Of a stretch of DNA of 64,000 nucleotides, positions 34,285-44,096 are shown in pieces. This stretch comes from a virus (taxonomy: Duplodnaviria; Heunggongvirae; Uroviricota; Caudoviricetes). The notes under the pieces were generated by a model, which had not been told where the DNA came from, searched no databases, and worked only from the letters and a program-made list of their open reading frames with translations. The position numbers and the translations under genes were made by a program. The stretch's first letter is position 1. Each line of letters begins with the position of its first letter. The stretch is taken from the IMG/VR virus record IMGVR_UViG_3300043399_000561; one strand, 5' to 3'.

Positions 34285-34565
34285 GCAGAGATTTCAGCTT
34301 CGGGCAAATCAATATGTCGAGGTCCTTCGGTCTTGAACCACTCAAGAACCTCTTGCTTATTCTTACCGAAGAAGGAAACATCCATACCAAAGTGCTTGGT
34401 ACTATTGAAAATCTTACCCTGCCAAGCTGGCCCGCCGGCATTCTTAGGACGACTGGTAAACTTAAGTTGTCCGACAACCTTGCCGTTATACTTGACAGCA
34501 AAAGTGTGAAAACGTTCGTTCTGCAAATCTGCAAAACCGTTGAGAACTTTAGCGAGAGTCCACAT
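34281..34565 (-). CDS. Hypothetical protein (94 aa)
   Basis: ORF track. Confidence 0.4.
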   Translation of the reverse strand: MWTLAKVLNGFADLQNERFHTFAVKYNGKVVGQLKFTSRPKNAGGPAWQGKIFNSTKHFGMDVSFFGKNKQEVLEWFKTEGPRHIDLPEAEISA

Positions 34566-34828
34566 TACGCAGCTACCTTTTCACCACGAGCAATCTGAAT
34601 ATCAATGTCACGGAAAGTCACTACGAACTTCATCATTTCGAGAGCAGCGTCCGACAGATAAGTGACAGTTTCACGACCATTGAGATAGTGCTGAACACCA
34701 ATCCAAGGGCGAACAACATCGTCGGCGCACATACGATCAACGATTGCTACAACTTCCCCGCGGATAGTACCAGCAGCAGATTCGTAGCGAACACGATCAC
34801 CAACGAGAACAGTCTTGGGATAAGCCAT
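34565..34828 (-). CDS. Hypothetical protein (87 aa)
   Basis: ORF track; a TTGACA-N17-TATAAC promoter sits at 34862-34890. Confidence 0.4.
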   Translation of the reverse strand: MAYPKTVLVGDRVRYESAAGTIRGEVVAIVDRMCADDVVRPWIGVQHYLNGRETVTYLSDAALEMMKFVVTFRDIDIQIARGEKVAA

Positions 34829-34894
34829 ATACAGAACCTTTCGTTTGCTCTTTATATGACTGTTATATCAGTTTTGGGTAACCGTGTCAACCGA

Positions 34895-37800
34895 TTATTT
34901 TACCCAGCAATCACAATTGCACTCAATAACCTTAGCAATCGCATCCTTGACGCTTAATGTTGCCGGAAGCAGTGTGCTGCTTGTATAGTTAGGATCTAAA
35001 TTATAAGGGACATTTGAAGGATCTAACTGGGAAGGAGGCTGAATTATAGGTATGCCGTCGTCACCTAAGTTGTTCGGTGATTCTGTAACTCCAGTCAAAT
35101 CAGTGTCAGGCATATAGATAGTAGAATTTTCATCTGATGTGCTAGGACCAACTGGTACATATGGGCCGACAACCGGATTGTCTGTTGTGCCGGCTATAAT
35201 AGGATCAATGACACCAAATGCAGGCGCAACATCAGTTGTTTCTTCAAATGTTCCAATCAATCCGGTATCAGTGGGCGTATATATTCCATCTGGAATAGGG
35301 CTTACTTCTTCATTGTTTATAATATTAACAGGCCAAGATGGCTCAGTATAGCCATTTATATCATTGTTTAGTCCAGCTAGAACAGTTCCATTTGTCGTTA
35401 ATGTTTTAAAATCCATTGCTGATATTTCGTCAGGGATATTATTATCTAACCCAATACCAATATTTGACAATCGCGCTTCATTTCTATCTTGTCGCATTGC
35501 ACCCACAACACTTTGACCCCCTACTAGATCAAGATTGCTTATTGCTTCAAGTGTCTGCACTGACATATGGGGCCTAGTGTCTTGTGCAAAGCCGGGGAGT
35601 GCATCAACAAAAACAATAGTTGTTGTGGGATAAGGATTTATCCAAGTATTTTGTGGAATTGGAACAGGTTGTAATAGATTATATCTAGTTCTCTGTTCAA
35701 TCAATAATTGCTCACCCAAAAGATTCCAAAAAATGTTTAAGTATTCTGCTTCTTGAGGATATGTCAATGCAAATTCTTCTATGAATTCATTTGCCTGATC
35801 AATATATGCTTGAACCACTCCATTCATTGGACTAGCCCAACCAGTCGTGCCGTCAGGCGTATTAGTTCCGCCCGTTGCTACTGAACCGTCTGGCTGAATT
35901 GGGAGAGTAGCAGTCGGGGGACATTCTACTGTAATAGTTACATTTGGGGGCGCATTGCCTCCTGTTAGTGATGGCGGATTGTCATTTAAATAATTATAGA
36001 CGGTGTTGTAATTCACCGAAGAGCCGTCGTTGGGGGGACCAAACGTTATTCGGCCGAACGTCCCTTCTCCGTTTGACCCCGCATTTTTATCATCAGTCCC
36101 TACAATAGCAGTCATTGAAGCACCTCCGGGATTGGGAGTAATTGTAACAACCGGGGCGGGTGCCGTTCCTCTACCATATCCTCCTCCTAAGCCATCACCG
36201 GCAACAGCTAACGTATACGAAAGTGTGTCTATTCTAGGCTGACAGCAAGGGTCTGTAGTTGGCGTCCCAGTACCGCATTGCAAATATGGATTCGTTGGGT
36301 CAATTGAAGGATAATCAGGATTGGCTGCATTTGCAATATAATGCTGAACGTTTGTATAGGTTGGAGTAACTTCTACTGTAGCGGTAGCTGGTTCCCATTC
36401 TACTGCTAAAAATAACTGCTGATATATGTTTTTTAATTTGTCTAATGGCAATTCGTTAAACTTATTATAAATCGCTTCCCAAGGATAGGGAAGTCCACTC
36501 ATACAACCGAACATATCAGAAAATGTATAAGTTCCATATGGTCCTGTTCCCAAAGATAAATTCGTTATCGCGTTGTCAGTTGATGCTTGATTTGTGGGTT
36601 TACTAGTACCATTGATCAATGACAGCCCGGCAGTATTTTCCATTGCTTTAGCGACTTTAGCAAACTTCTTAGAATCTGCCTGGTGAATCTTACCTACTTG
36701 ACGCATAGTGAATTGAAATGCGCCGGCGGCTATAGCCTGGTCATCCGGTAATATTCCTCGTAAGTAAGAACCAAATCCTTGCGTAGGCTCTTGATAATTT
36801 TCAGGAGATAAACTACCTTCTGCAATGGGAGGAGGACCATATGGAAGTTGCACTCCCACATAATCTTCCATATCAGGAGTAGATAACGCAGAATTTACTC
36901 CCTCACCTTCGTAAATCAAATAGTATGTTTTACTATTTGTAGGTAATCCTACCTCGCTATTATACATAGGAACAGTTAATGATTGATATGAATTAGGGAA
37001 AAGCTTTTTAACATCTAACAAATCAGCTAATGATTCTAATCCTGCTGTTTTACATTGCAAAGATGCTAAGATAGTTGCAAGATTTTGTCCTTGAATTAAT
37101 TTAAATGACTCGTATATTTTTTGTTCTTGATCCGTAGTAGGTCTTGTTAATGTACCGTTAGTGATCGCAGCTATCTCTGATCCTGACAATCCCGCAGTAA
37201 GCAACAATAAAGAAAGGTCTTGCGTAACCGCAATGTTTTTACCAAGAATTTCTAACAAGACAGAAGGTAAACCAAATGCATCCAGTCTACTTAAATTTAT
37301 TATTTTACCTAACTTTTCTAAATCGCTTCCAAATTCTTTAGTTGATAAACTAATTCCAGATACATCAGCAGTAATTAAGTCATCCATATTACTATAGATA
37401 TTATCCATAAAATCATCAGAATTATGCGAGGTCATTATAGCACGATTAATATAATCTATAGCACTAGACGCTGACAAAAATGATCCGCAAAATTGACCAT
37501 AGTCCGGATTCGCTTGATCAGGAACGCCATTATAATTAAACTCATCCCACGCTTGTAGTGCGTGTAATCTTGCATAACCCCACTGAGTTACTGATTTATT
37601 GGGGTTAGAAGTATCATATGGTATCCAAGAAGCTTCTTGGCCCTGCCCAGTGTTTCCTGAAATACCATACGAAGTCGCGGCAGGTGTCCCTGCATCAGTC
37701 CATTTACCAGAAGGATCATTGTCCTTAAAAGTAGGTGGTTTGGCGTTACCTAATGCTTCTACTTGATCTTCACCTATCGAAATTAGATTATCGTATGTCG

Positions 37801-38041
37801 AGTTAGTGACAGTTTTTTCTGGACCGGATACTGCAACACCGCGAGCATATGCATCATTAATCGCATAAGTCAATAGTCGTAATACGGTTCCGTTAACTAG
37901 TTTTCCCATATCATACTGAGAATTAGTTTTGCTTTTTCCTATATATGATTCAGCTACCGGGTTAATGTTCAGTCCCGTATTAACTAGAAATGATCCTAAG
38001 ACATTTACTCCTAATGGATTTTGTTTACCTGTGTCTGACAT
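34895..38041 (-). CDS. Large virion structural protein (1048 aa), probably baseplate- or tail-associated
   Basis: Immediately downstream of the PAAR gene; Gly/Pro/Thr/Asn-rich C-terminal half typical of fibrous or structural proteins. Confidence 0.45.
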   Translation of the reverse strand: MSDTGKQNPLGVNVLGSFLVNTGLNINPVAESYIGKSKTNSQYDMGKLVNGTVLRLLTYAINDAYARGVAVSGPEKTVTNSTYDNLISIGEDQVEALGNAKPPTFKDNDPSGKWTDAGTPAATSYGISGNTGQGQEASWIPYDTSNPNKSVTQWGYARLHALQAWDEFNYNGVPDQANPDYGQFCGSFLSASSAIDYINRAIMTSHNSDDFMDNIYSNMDDLITADVSGISLSTKEFGSDLEKLGKIINLSRLDAFGLPSVLLEILGKNIAVTQDLSLLLLTAGLSGSEIAAITNGTLTRPTTDQEQKIYESFKLIQGQNLATILASLQCKTAGLESLADLLDVKKLFPNSYQSLTVPMYNSEVGLPTNSKTYYLIYEGEGVNSALSTPDMEDYVGVQLPYGPPPIAEGSLSPENYQEPTQGFGSYLRGILPDDQAIAAGAFQFTMRQVGKIHQADSKKFAKVAKAMENTAGLSLINGTSKPTNQASTDNAITNLSLGTGPYGTYTFSDMFGCMSGLPYPWEAIYNKFNELPLDKLKNIYQQLFLAVEWEPATATVEVTPTYTNVQHYIANAANPDYPSIDPTNPYLQCGTGTPTTDPCCQPRIDTLSYTLAVAGDGLGGGYGRGTAPAPVVTITPNPGGASMTAIVGTDDKNAGSNGEGTFGRITFGPPNDGSSVNYNTVYNYLNDNPPSLTGGNAPPNVTITVECPPTATLPIQPDGSVATGGTNTPDGTTGWASPMNGVVQAYIDQANEFIEEFALTYPQEAEYLNIFWNLLGEQLLIEQRTRYNLLQPVPIPQNTWINPYPTTTIVFVDALPGFAQDTRPHMSVQTLEAISNLDLVGGQSVVGAMRQDRNEARLSNIGIGLDNNIPDEISAMDFKTLTTNGTVLAGLNNDINGYTEPSWPVNIINNEEVSPIPDGIYTPTDTGLIGTFEETTDVAPAFGVIDPIIAGTTDNPVVGPYVPVGPSTSDENSTIYMPDTDLTGVTESPNNLGDDGIPIIQPPSQLDPSNVPYNLDPNYTSSTLLPATLSVKDAIAKVIECNCDCWVK

Positions 38042-38049
38042 AATAATCC

Positions 38050-38316
38050 TTAAGGTACAAAAATGTCTGGGCTACCTTGCGAAATAGGATGACCGCAAGT
38101 ATTTCCTGACCCAACCCGTAGAACAGGACAATTTTCAACAAACACAGTAGGACTACCTTCTGTGGTTTTTGCTGAGGCGTGTGGACCAATACCGTGAGAA
38201 GTAATATCGCTTACGTGCAGTCCTACTGGAATACCGTTTGCAAATACTGTTCCTGCACCGCGTATAATTCGGCCGCCGCCGGAATCTTGATCGCCTTTTC
38301 TACTAAGTTGTGGCAT
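38050..38316 (-). CDS. PAAR-repeat spike-tip protein (T4 gp5.4-like)
   Basis: 88 aa with repeated G-x-P-x-(A/G)-x-x-(G/S)-D and HG/CG units: GIPVGLHVSDITSHGIGPHASAKT, CPVLRVGSGNTCGHP. Confidence 0.6.
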   Translation of the reverse strand: MPQLSRKGDQDSGGGRIIRGAGTVFANGIPVGLHVSDITSHGIGPHASAKTTEGSPTVFVENCPVLRVGSGNTCGHPISQGSPDIFVP

Positions 38317-38344
38317 TCCGTATCCTTTGTTAATAATATTTATA

Positions 38345-38644
38345 CTAACCTAAAATCAGCTTTTTCTCCGGCATCACAATACCGGTTGTAGCTTCAATAT
38401 ACTTTGACTTGATAGTAGCATCAGCCAATGCATAAATTGATATACTATTCTTATTTAATCTAGTCTCAGCCTTCGGATCTGCGGTGAATAGGCTAGGAAT
38501 AAGTCCCATTCCTTGAGGTCCCGGAGCTACAGATAATGGATCGTGAATTACGATTTCACTGTCAGTTACTTCAACCACCTTAGTTACAATCTCTTCACCC
38601 GAGTTCAACTTAAAAACCCAAACTTCATCTTTCTTAATAGTCAT
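38345..38644 (-). CDS. Hypothetical protein (99 aa)
   Basis: ORF track. Confidence 0.4.
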   Translation of the reverse strand: MTIKKDEVWVFKLNSGEEIVTKVVEVTDSEIVIHDPLSVAPGPQGMGLIPSLFTADPKAETRLNKNSISIYALADATIKSKYIEATTGIVMPEKKLILG

Positions 38645-38652
38645 AATTTTCC

Positions 38653-38907
38653 TTATGCTGCTTGCGGGAGCAGTCTTGTTCTGAGTTCATTGAACCCACC
38701 CACGTATTCTTCATCTAAAAAGATTTGAGGTACGGTACGAGCATCAGGAACTGCTTCTAACAAATCTTCCTTTGTATATCCTTCACCAATCTTCTTTTCT
38801 ATATATTCAATACCCTTCTGTGATAATAGATTCTTTGCCTGCACACAATAGGGGCAGTTATCCTTTGACCATATAATTGCTTGCATAATGTTTTCCTTTC
38901 TTATCAA
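38653..38907 (-). CDS. Glutaredoxin (NrdH/NrdC-like redoxin for the RNR)
   Basis: CPYC active site; 84 aa; the ATG overlaps the upstream stop by 4 nt. Confidence 0.7.
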   Translation of the reverse strand: MIRKENIMQAIIWSKDNCPYCVQAKNLLSQKGIEYIEKKIGEGYTKEDLLEAVPDARTVPQIFLDEEYVGGFNELRTRLLPQAA

Positions 38908-39584
38908 TCCTCTATATTCATACCGGATAACTCTCGCATTCTACGAGTGTTAAACTGTGACTTTGTTTCCATTAAATGAGTGCCCGGTTTTGATAGCACA
39001 AACCGGTATCTTTTATAATCTTCTGCATAACCAAAAACCGATTCTAACTCCTTTTTATCGGTAATTGTTTTGAATGACCCACCGGGATTGTCTATATCAT
39101 AAATTGATATTATTCCACCTAAGTCTAATAATCTAGCCCATATGTCAAATCCTTCATCATAAAGCATAGTATCAGACATAAGTATAGAGTAATTAGTATT
39201 GTTCAATATAGTAAAATATAAATCGGAAGCATAGGGTGGTTTTCCTGTATATTTAGGATTTTTAGATGTTCCTACTACCGCTAATCCCTGAGGTCTTATT
39301 TCCAATTCAGAAATTATCACATATTCATTTGTGTTAGGGTCGGTTAACCAGACATACAATATTTTTCCCCCGATATATGTATAATAACCATTACCTAAAT
39401 CAGTTATAGAATCCGACGGGACCGTTTTCTGTAGCTCGTCTATATTATGCTTCATATTTTTATATAAATTGTTTGCTTTTCCTATTAATCTTTGTGGCAT
39501 TTCAACCAACCAAGTCTCATTGAAGTCAGTCCTGCTAGTAGGACCAATTCTTAAGTCCGGGATAAACAATTTATTTTCAGTCAT
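38904..39584 (-). CDS. Unknown-function protein, paralogue A (flanks nrdB)
   Basis: Shares N-terminal R/TDFN-S/ETWL-V/AEMPQ and C-terminal FNTRRMREL-S/AG with gene 40701-41330. Confidence 0.45.
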   Translation of the reverse strand: MTENKLFIPDLRIGPTSRTDFNETWLVEMPQRLIGKANNLYKNMKHNIDELQKTVPSDSITDLGNGYYTYIGGKILYVWLTDPNTNEYVIISELEIRPQGLAVVGTSKNPKYTGKPPYASDLYFTILNNTNYSILMSDTMLYDEGFDIWARLLDLGGIISIYDIDNPGGSFKTITDKKELESVFGYAEDYKRYRFVLSKPGTHLMETKSQFNTRRMRELSGMNIED

Positions 39585-39598
39585 TAAGAGTTTTATCC

Positions 39599-40699
39599 TT
39601 ATAAATCTGGTAATTCGTCGTAATCTAATGTGTCGGTCATAACACCGATCACATACGAGGTACTTTCAGATTCTTGCAAGGCCGTTTGCTTTTTGGAGGT
39701 ATCCACGTGCTTATTGAACCAAGGAATAGGAGTAGACTTGGGTGCTATATTCCAGTATTTAATTCCAATCTGCTTAAGTGCATCTATTGCATTGTAGTCA
39801 ACAAAGTCTATCATAATTTTTTCATTAAGACCAATAACTGGACCCTTCTTGAATAGATATCTAGCCCAGTCTTTTTCTTCACGAATCACATCTTCATAAA
39901 TCTTGTGAACTTCTGGTTCGCAATCAATCTTTGCCTTAGCAAAGCGAGGATCTTCTTTAACAACTTGATTAATGATCCAAGCAGTCCACTCTTTGTGTAA
40001 CAATTCATCTTGGAGAATAAGACTAATAATGTTCCCATTACCCATAAACAGCTTATTCTCAACCATACCCAGACTAGTCGCAAATGATACCATAAACCTA
40101 AATGCTTCAAGTGCATAGCTTGCGTGAAGTGCTAACCAAATGCTGTTGATATGCTCTTGTTCGTCTACCTTCTGTCCAAGCTCTTTCTTGCAATTAAGAA
40201 GGTGAAGCTTGTCATAATATTTCCCGACACTAGACGCCATATCAATAATTTCTGTAGTGTCGTGGATAGTGTTAAACACTTCTTTAGGAACATTATAGAT
40301 ATTACGAATGATATGTGAGTATGAACGACTATGAATGTTCGTTTCGAAAAACGACCAATTACTCATAATAGCTTCTAATTCTGGAATAGAGCAAACAGGA
40401 GTAAAGACTTGTGCTGGTGCTCTACCTTGTAAACTGTCAAGTGCGGTCTGACGAAGAACATTGCTAGTAAAGATATGAGATACCGCTTCACTAGCTTCCT
40501 TCATATCATTAGCATCTTTAGATAGATTAACTTCTTCTGGGACCCAAAAGAATCCACGAGCCGTTTGTTCAATCTTCTGTAATTTTTGATACTTGACTTC
40601 TTCAAAACGCTGGATAGTTACAGGACCCGCAGGATCAAGAAACATCTTGCGCTGAAGGTAATCAGTCTTTGTGTTTAGATTGTATTGTTGCTTTGACAT
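39599..40699 (-). CDS. nrdB: Ribonucleotide reductase class Ia beta subunit (NrdB)
   Basis: 366 aa; ferritin-like di-iron and radical-site blocks in T4-like order. Confidence 0.8.
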   Translation of the reverse strand: MSKQQYNLNTKTDYLQRKMFLDPAGPVTIQRFEEVKYQKLQKIEQTARGFFWVPEEVNLSKDANDMKEASEAVSHIFTSNVLRQTALDSLQGRAPAQVFTPVCSIPELEAIMSNWSFFETNIHSRSYSHIIRNIYNVPKEVFNTIHDTTEIIDMASSVGKYYDKLHLLNCKKELGQKVDEQEHINSIWLALHASYALEAFRFMVSFATSLGMVENKLFMGNGNIISLILQDELLHKEWTAWIINQVVKEDPRFAKAKIDCEPEVHKIYEDVIREEKDWARYLFKKGPVIGLNEKIMIDFVDYNAIDALKQIGIKYWNIAPKSTPIPWFNKHVDTSKKQTALQESESTSYVIGVMTDTLDYDELPDL

Positions 40700-40700
40700 A

Positions 40701-41330
40701 TTAATCTTCTAATCCCAATCCTGCTAATTCTCTCATTCGTCTTGTGTTAAAATGACTTCTAGTGTTAAGATAATTGTCACCTGATTCAGATAACACAAAT
40801 CTATATTTTCTAAAATTAGTATCATCAGGAGAAAAATATTGTTTCAGATCATCAACCGTCGCAAGTGTAGTGAAAGTTTGTCCTGGTTGATCCGTATTGT
40901 ATACTGATATTTTATGTCCCGATTGTAACAATCTAACCCAAACCTTAAAAGCGTCTTCGCTCATATCTGCATCACTTATTAATCTTATTGATCTATTAGT
41001 GTCGTTAAGAATAGCTTCGTATAAATCTGCTGCGTAGGGGGAGCCTGATATATCAGGATTTTTAGCCAAACCATTAACTACCAATCCTTGCGGCTTAATT
41101 TCTAATTCAGCTCCCAACAATATCACACCATTCTTATTCTCGTACCAATAATATTTGACTTCTTGTCCATCTATTTTTTTCAAACTATCTGTCAGGTTTA
41201 TTACTTTGGCTCCTTCTTTAATAAGATCATATATATTATATGTCAACCAATCATACAATTGTGTCTTGCCGATATTTTGTGGCATTTCTGCCAACCAAGT
41301 AGAGTTAAAATCTGTTCTATTGGTAGTCAT
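40701..41330 (-). CDS. Unknown-function protein, paralogue B (flanks nrdB)
   Basis: See paralogue A; ends FNTRRMRELAGLGLED. Confidence 0.45.
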   Translation of the reverse strand: MTTNRTDFNSTWLAEMPQNIGKTQLYDWLTYNIYDLIKEGAKVINLTDSLKKIDGQEVKYYWYENKNGVILLGAELEIKPQGLVVNGLAKNPDISGSPYAADLYEAILNDTNRSIRLISDADMSEDAFKVWVRLLQSGHKISVYNTDQPGQTFTTLATVDDLKQYFSPDDTNFRKYRFVLSESGDNYLNTRSHFNTRRMRELAGLGLED

Positions 41331-43636
41331 AACTTACAAGCCTCGCAGGATTCGTCTTCTTCAAAAAAGTCAATAGCTTCAAGTGGTGCTTCATCCTCTT
41401 CTTCTTTCGAACCTTGCTTGTTTATGAGACTGTAATATACCGTCTTACAACCATACTTATGTGCAAGCATTAGATTCTTAGCAATCAATGTAGTAGGTAC
41501 CTTACGATCAGGGAAATGTGCAGGATTATAGAAAGTATCCATTGAGATACTTTGATCCATATATGCTGCTAGAACAGCGGCTGTTTTGATGTATCCTAAG
41601 CAATCTGTTTGTTCCCACATCAACTGATATTTGTTCTTTAATCTATGATATTCTGGAACAACCTGCACGAACGATCCAGCCTTTGATTCCTTAACACTAA
41701 TCAAACTCATTGGCAATGCAATGCCGTTTGTTGAATTGATCGCTACACTTGATGATTCTACTGGAGCAATAGCACCTTGTGTAGCGTTACGAACACCGTG
41801 TTCTTTCATTTCGGCTCTTAGTGTTTCCCAGTCAAGTTCAGGAGTAAAGTCTGCAAGTTCATTTACACCCTCAGCACGAAGCTCCCAAGGGAAAATACCC
41901 TGACCATATCTAGTCTTGTCACTATCTAAGCACTTGCCGCGTTCCTTAGCGAGTTCAACAGTAGCCTCAGTAAGATAATACATTTGATGTTCAGCCCAGC
42001 TTTTAGTTTCTTGCAATGCTTCTATATCACCATACTTATATCCGCGCTTGGCGTGCCAATATGCAAGATTAGTAACGCCTATACCAATTGGTCTGATTTC
42101 TTCGTTACTCAACTTACTTTGAATTGATAAGAAATCCTGATAGTCTAATATATTGTTCAAGCTTCTGTGTAATAATCTACACGCTCTGCGCATATCTTCT
42201 GGATTTCTAAATGCACCCCAATTCATACTTCCTAAGGTACAAAGCGCGATACGCCCAGTTGGATCGTCTAATCTTTTGAATGGCTTTGTAGGAAGAAGTA
42301 TCTCAACACAAAGGTTTGATTGATAGATTGTATGATACTCAGGATCAAATGGACCCTGATTCATAACATTATCAATGAACACTAGATAGATTCTACCTGT
42401 GTCAGTGCGTTCCTTGAGAATGCCTCCCTTGAAGACTTCCTCAGCACTCATTACCTTTCTACGTAAATCCTTACGCTTTTCATACTTCACATAAAGTTCT
42501 TCAAACTTCTTTGTGTCCTTATAAAATGCTTCATACAAGTCAGGTACTTCGTTTGGATCAAAGAACGTGATGTTCTCTTTGTTCTTAAAGCGTCTCCAAA
42601 AGAATGCAGAGAGAACTACACCATAGTCCATATGACGAACACGAGTTTCCTCAGTGCCCTGATTGTTCTTGAGAACGATCAAATCATCAAACTGATGATG
42701 CCAGATAGGATAAAAGACAGTAGCACTAGCATTACGAATGCCGCCTTGTGAGCAACTACGAAGATCACCGAACCACTTCTTCAAGAAGGGAATCATGCCA
42801 GTGTGCATAATCTCTCCCCCTCGGATAGGCGAACCGAGAGGGCGAAGTCTGCCGATTTCTAAGCCGATGCCAGCACGTTTGCTAGCATACTTAGCCATCA
42901 TTTCACCAGAAGCGAAGATTGAATCCAGATCGTCATCGCTGCGAATAAGAACACAAGAGGAGAATTGCTTGGTTGGGGTACCAAGACCAGCCAGAACAGG
43001 AGTGGCAAGTGTAAACAAACCATCACTAGCTGCATTATAATATTCTTTAACAAACTTAAGACGCTTGCTAGATTCTTCCATATGAAAGACTGTTGCAGCC
43101 GCGACCATATATCTAACTTGAGGTGTTTCATATACTTCTTTCGTGGCTCTGTTGCGAACAAGATATTTTTCAATAAGTTGTTCAATTGCTGCGTATGAGT
43201 ACTCCTCATCTTTTTCGTGATCAATGAATTCATCCATCTTGTTCCACTCTTCCTCAGTGTACCAAGATAATAATTCAGGAGTGTAAAGGCCCACCGATAT
43301 GTTCTTCTTTACAATCTCATACAATGGAGGTGGGGTATATTCTCCGTAAACATCTTTACGAAGCATAGATAATCTTTGCTTACCGGCTACAAATTGATAA
43401 TTCGTGTGACCAACATCAGGATTACTTTCAACATCAATCAAATCTACGATAGCTCTCAGAGTTATTTCATCGATTTCTCTGGTAGTAATACCATCAAAAA
43501 AGTGAGGGTGAGCTTTAATTTCAATCATAGACTGACTTATATCAGCCGTTCCATTGCATACTTTAGATATTTGTGCTTGCCACTTTTCCAAAGCAAGTGG
43601 CTCCTTGTTTCCTGATCGCTTGGTTACATTAATCAT
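41327..43636 (-). CDS. nrdA: Ribonucleotide reductase class Ia alpha subunit (NrdA) with ATP-cone
   Basis: 769 aa; ATP-cone N-terminus (VTKRSG..E.L...K); catalytic blocks; C-terminal Cys pair CEACKL. Confidence 0.85.
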   Translation of the reverse strand: MINVTKRSGNKEPLALEKWQAQISKVCNGTADISQSMIEIKAHPHFFDGITTREIDEITLRAIVDLIDVESNPDVGHTNYQFVAGKQRLSMLRKDVYGEYTPPPLYEIVKKNISVGLYTPELLSWYTEEEWNKMDEFIDHEKDEEYSYAAIEQLIEKYLVRNRATKEVYETPQVRYMVAAATVFHMEESSKRLKFVKEYYNAASDGLFTLATPVLAGLGTPTKQFSSCVLIRSDDDLDSIFASGEMMAKYASKRAGIGLEIGRLRPLGSPIRGGEIMHTGMIPFLKKWFGDLRSCSQGGIRNASATVFYPIWHHQFDDLIVLKNNQGTEETRVRHMDYGVVLSAFFWRRFKNKENITFFDPNEVPDLYEAFYKDTKKFEELYVKYEKRKDLRRKVMSAEEVFKGGILKERTDTGRIYLVFIDNVMNQGPFDPEYHTIYQSNLCVEILLPTKPFKRLDDPTGRIALCTLGSMNWGAFRNPEDMRRACRLLHRSLNNILDYQDFLSIQSKLSNEEIRPIGIGVTNLAYWHAKRGYKYGDIEALQETKSWAEHQMYYLTEATVELAKERGKCLDSDKTRYGQGIFPWELRAEGVNELADFTPELDWETLRAEMKEHGVRNATQGAIAPVESSSVAINSTNGIALPMSLISVKESKAGSFVQVVPEYHRLKNKYQLMWEQTDCLGYIKTAAVLAAYMDQSISMDTFYNPAHFPDRKVPTTLIAKNLMLAHKYGCKTVYYSLINKQGSKEEEDEAPLEAIDFFEEDESCEACKL

Positions 43637-44076
43637 TCTTTGCCTATTTTCTGTTGTAATGGTGTTATATCTAGATATTTGATGTTTGTAAAATCCGATA
43701 GTTTCATATTTACTACTGAGTTAGGGTAGTAATTAAGAACATATTTTGCGTTGTCGACCAGGACTAAACATACATTTTCACTATTATCGTCTAAACAGTC
43801 AACAAAGTCAATGTTCTCTACGCCCAATAACAATAGTGTGTATACCATTCCTAAACCTCGCGCATACTGACAATAATTATTGTCGTATATCAGTTCCCAT
43901 GGACCGGGCCAGTCTATAGTGTCGGCAGGATGTAAATAATGATTTGACATTGGACATTGTTGCCAAAACTTATCTACTTCAATGCAGATAGTTTGTATGT
44001 CTGATTTCCCGAGATTTTCTTTGAGTTTATGCCACTGTTTTAATCTTGTATAATAGTCTTGAAGAAAGGTATTCAT
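43633..44076 (-). CDS. Hypothetical protein (147 aa)
   Basis: ORF track. Confidence 0.4.
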   Translation of the reverse strand: MNTFLQDYYTRLKQWHKLKENLGKSDIQTICIEVDKFWQQCPMSNHYLHPADTIDWPGPWELIYDNNYCQYARGLGMVYTLLLLGVENIDFVDCLDDNSENVCLVLVDNAKYVLNYYPNSVVNMKLSDFTNIKYLDITPLQQKIGKE

Positions 44077-44096
44077 TATACTTACTTATAATTTTA

